From an uncultured Clostridia bacterium (GTDB taxonomy: Bacteria; Bacillota; Clostridia; Christensenellales; UBA1242), in NCBI GenBank assembly GCA_944372445.1, contig CALVZE010000003.1, positions 67,816 through 121,503 on the forward strand: a stretch of 53,688 bases of DNA, written 5' to 3'. Every line of letters begins with the position of its first letter. Within the stretch, counting starts at the first letter, position 1. A program made the translations under genes and the position numbers. The notes under the pieces were generated by a model that was not told the DNA's origin, ran no database searches, and worked only from the letters and a program-made list of their open reading frames with translations. Positions 52,105-53,688 of the stretch are shown here, in pieces.

Positions 52105-52697
52105 AAGTAGTTTTCTTCCTGTTTAAGCAATGTGTCAAACAAAAAATCATAACTATGTTCACTTCGTTCCTTCATTTCACCAATCATTTCTTTTAAAGTA
52201 GTAAATTCAAATACACCCATACATTCTATGAGTTCATCATTTTGGTCTGTAATATCAAAAGCATAGTATTGTGGAATACCACGAAGCCATCTATCATATT
52301 CTTCAACTTCTGTTTCAATTAAAGCGCGACAAGTATCATAACTTCCAATATCATCTGCCATATTGTGTTCTCTTAATGTTTCTTTTAAAATATAAGCATA
52401 TCCAACTTGTCCACTATCCCAATGATCGTGAAAATCGTGCACTGACATCGCTAGTCCAGAATGGTCAAGAAGATAAAGTGGCATAATACAAGCCACTTTA
52501 TCTTTATTTTTGTTATACCATTCATTAAACTCGCTTGGAGTTTTGAAATTATGTTTGTCGCCTAGTTGATATCTTCTATGAAAACAAATCATTTTCGACA
52601 TATTTGTATCTTTATAATATTCTCTTGGATCCTCAATATCATCTTCAAAAACTGTTAAAGTCAAACCTTTCCTTTTAATTGACATTCTGTTTTCCAT
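52101..52697 (-). CDS. Conserved phage/ICE hypothetical protein
   Basis: EDPRE, CFHRRYQLGD, PLYLLDHSGL, WDSGQVG, YD.WLRG; GGAG RBS before ATG 52697. Confidence 0.8.
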   Translation of the reverse strand: MENRMSIKRKGLTLTVFEDDIEDPREYYKDTNMSKMICFHRRYQLGDKHNFKTPSEFNEWYNKNKDKVACIMPLYLLDHSGLAMSVHDFHDHWDSGQVGYAYILKETLREHNMADDIGSYDTCRALIETEVEEYDRWLRGIPQYYAFDITDQNDELIECMGVFEFTTLKEMIGEMKERSEHSYDFLFDTLLKQEENYL

Positions 52698-52698
52698 A

Positions 52699-53127
52699 TC
52701 ACATCTCCGAGATAGATTTATTAAGATATTTTTCGCTTTTCTTATACATTTTTGGAACCAATTGAAAGTAATCTCTATATAAATCGGCTTCTTTTGGCAA
52801 TTCAAAGGTCTTTATATATCTTCTACAAATTTTTATTTGGTCGTCAGTTAGACTTATATTATCTCCCGTATCGGAATCATATCCCACCATATAGCAAGTG
52901 CCTTTAACACAATCTCCAGTGCCTGCTATCCAAATATTGCCCGGTTCGTGATTTAACATTGCTTCATCGTTTGCGTAGATATCAATATCATCTGTCCCCG
53001 GCATTTCAATAAGTTCAATATGTCCCCCAACAATCTTTTGAAATGTTTCCAATGTATCATCTATTTCTTCAATAGTTGGCTCTTTCCCGGGTTCTTTAAT
53101 TAACACTCTTATTTTGTCCTTGTTCAT
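52699..53127 (-). CDS. DUF3846-like protein
   Basis: VLIKEPGKEP, LETFQKIVGGHIE, ANDEA, SLTDDQI; ends ISEM. Confidence 0.8.
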   Translation of the reverse strand: MNKDKIRVLIKEPGKEPTIEEIDDTLETFQKIVGGHIELIEMPGTDDIDIYANDEAMLNHEPGNIWIAGTGDCVKGTCYMVGYDSDTGDNISLTDDQIKICRRYIKTFELPKEADLYRDYFQLVPKMYKKSEKYLNKSISEM

Positions 53128-53350
53128 TTGTTTTCCTCCAATTCAGAAAATCTTTGTATTTCATAAGTTCCCAATTACTTGAATAAAAAGCTTGCTGTAT
53201 TGATACAGCTAAAATTGGTCTGATTTCTTTTTTTTCATCATAATTCTTTAAATCATCTCTAATTGCTCTAAGTTTATCAAGCAAATCTTTCTTTGAAGAA
53301 TAGTCTATATCTTGCAAAACAAACGCAAGTTCTCCACCAATATTTAACAT
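53096..53350 (-). CDS. Hypothetical protein
   Basis: GGAG RBS before ATG 53350; fills the gap in a coupled gene array. Confidence 0.6.
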   Translation of the reverse strand: MLNIGGELAFVLQDIDYSSKKDLLDKLRAIRDDLKNYDEKKEIRPILAVSIQQAFYSSNWELMKYKDFLNWRKTNEQGQNKSVN

Positions 53351-53351
53351 A

Positions 53352-53688
53352 TTACTCCACCTCACTTTCGTTTGTCTTTTTCTTGTTCTTTGCAGTTCTT
53401 TTGGGTTTTTCATTTTCTTCAACCTTCACTTCTACCGCGACTTTTTCTTTAACTTCTTCTTTTGTTTCAGTCTTTTCTTTCGCAAGATTTCTTACTGCAT
53501 ATTCGACAGAATTTTCAACATTTGCAATTATTTGCTTTGAAGCTGAGCGTATTTTCTGCAAGTTCGACTTAAACAAATTCAAATCTTCATCAGACCAGTT
53601 TTGAATTTCATCAAAATTAAATTCTGGCAAATCAAGTCCAAGTTTTGAGTTTACGGCATAAATGGTTCCGGCAATTTCAATATCTCGG
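53352..53688 (-). CDS. Hypothetical protein, 5' truncated by the window
   Basis: Frame open from the window edge (RDIEIAGTIYAVNSKLGLDLPEF...); K/E-rich tail ending SEVE. Confidence 0.7.
   Translation of the reverse strand, partial: RDIEIAGTIYAVNSKLGLDLPEFNFDEIQNWSDEDLNLFKSNLQKIRSASKQIIANVENSVEYAVRNLAKEKTETKEEVKEKVAVEVKVEENEKPKRTAKNKKKTNESEVE

Larger units (their letters stand above)
42829..53688 (-). mobile_element. Integrative element (ICE/IME-like, tandem large serine recombinases) inserted in spoVAD; extends beyond the window
   Basis: Two serine recombinases adjacent to the broken gene, primase, DNA methyltransferase, MGE-type hypotheticals, uniform minus strand, visibly more AT-rich. 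Confidence 0.9.

Noticed and set aside
42829-53688. Calling the element a prophage or a definite ICE
   Set aside because: No capsid, terminase, tail, relaxase or T4SS genes are inside the window, so the class cannot be fixed.

Overview
Low-GC Bacillota (Clostridia-like, sporulation genes present) chromosome. About 1-42.8 kb is housekeeping backbone: queA-tgt, tig-clpP-clpX, L20 leader-infC-rpmI-rplT, trmH, yebC, rny, ribokinase/IMPase pair, iscS-iscU, trxA, tcdA, comM-dprA-topA-trmFO-like-hslV-hslU, SDR, a degenerate Rho-like gene, lgt, DivIVA-like, MacB-type ABC, pepF, rluA, T-box-ileS, yunB and spoVAE. From ~42,829 to the window end lies an AT-rich, entirely minus-strand integrative element (two large serine recombinases, DUF6870-like gene, orphan C5 methyltransferase, primase, ICE/phage-type hypotheticals) that cuts spoVAD, leaving only its 3' part. 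This is a candidate skin-like intervening element in a forespore gene. Most element genes end in a shared (S/E)-E-M C-terminus, and some are joined by near-identical junction repeats. The backbone also carries two intergenic elements with largely different sequence but the same near-perfect four-way-junction fold, and four dispersed NrdR-box-like repeats. All family calls come from motif recognition; no database searches were run.
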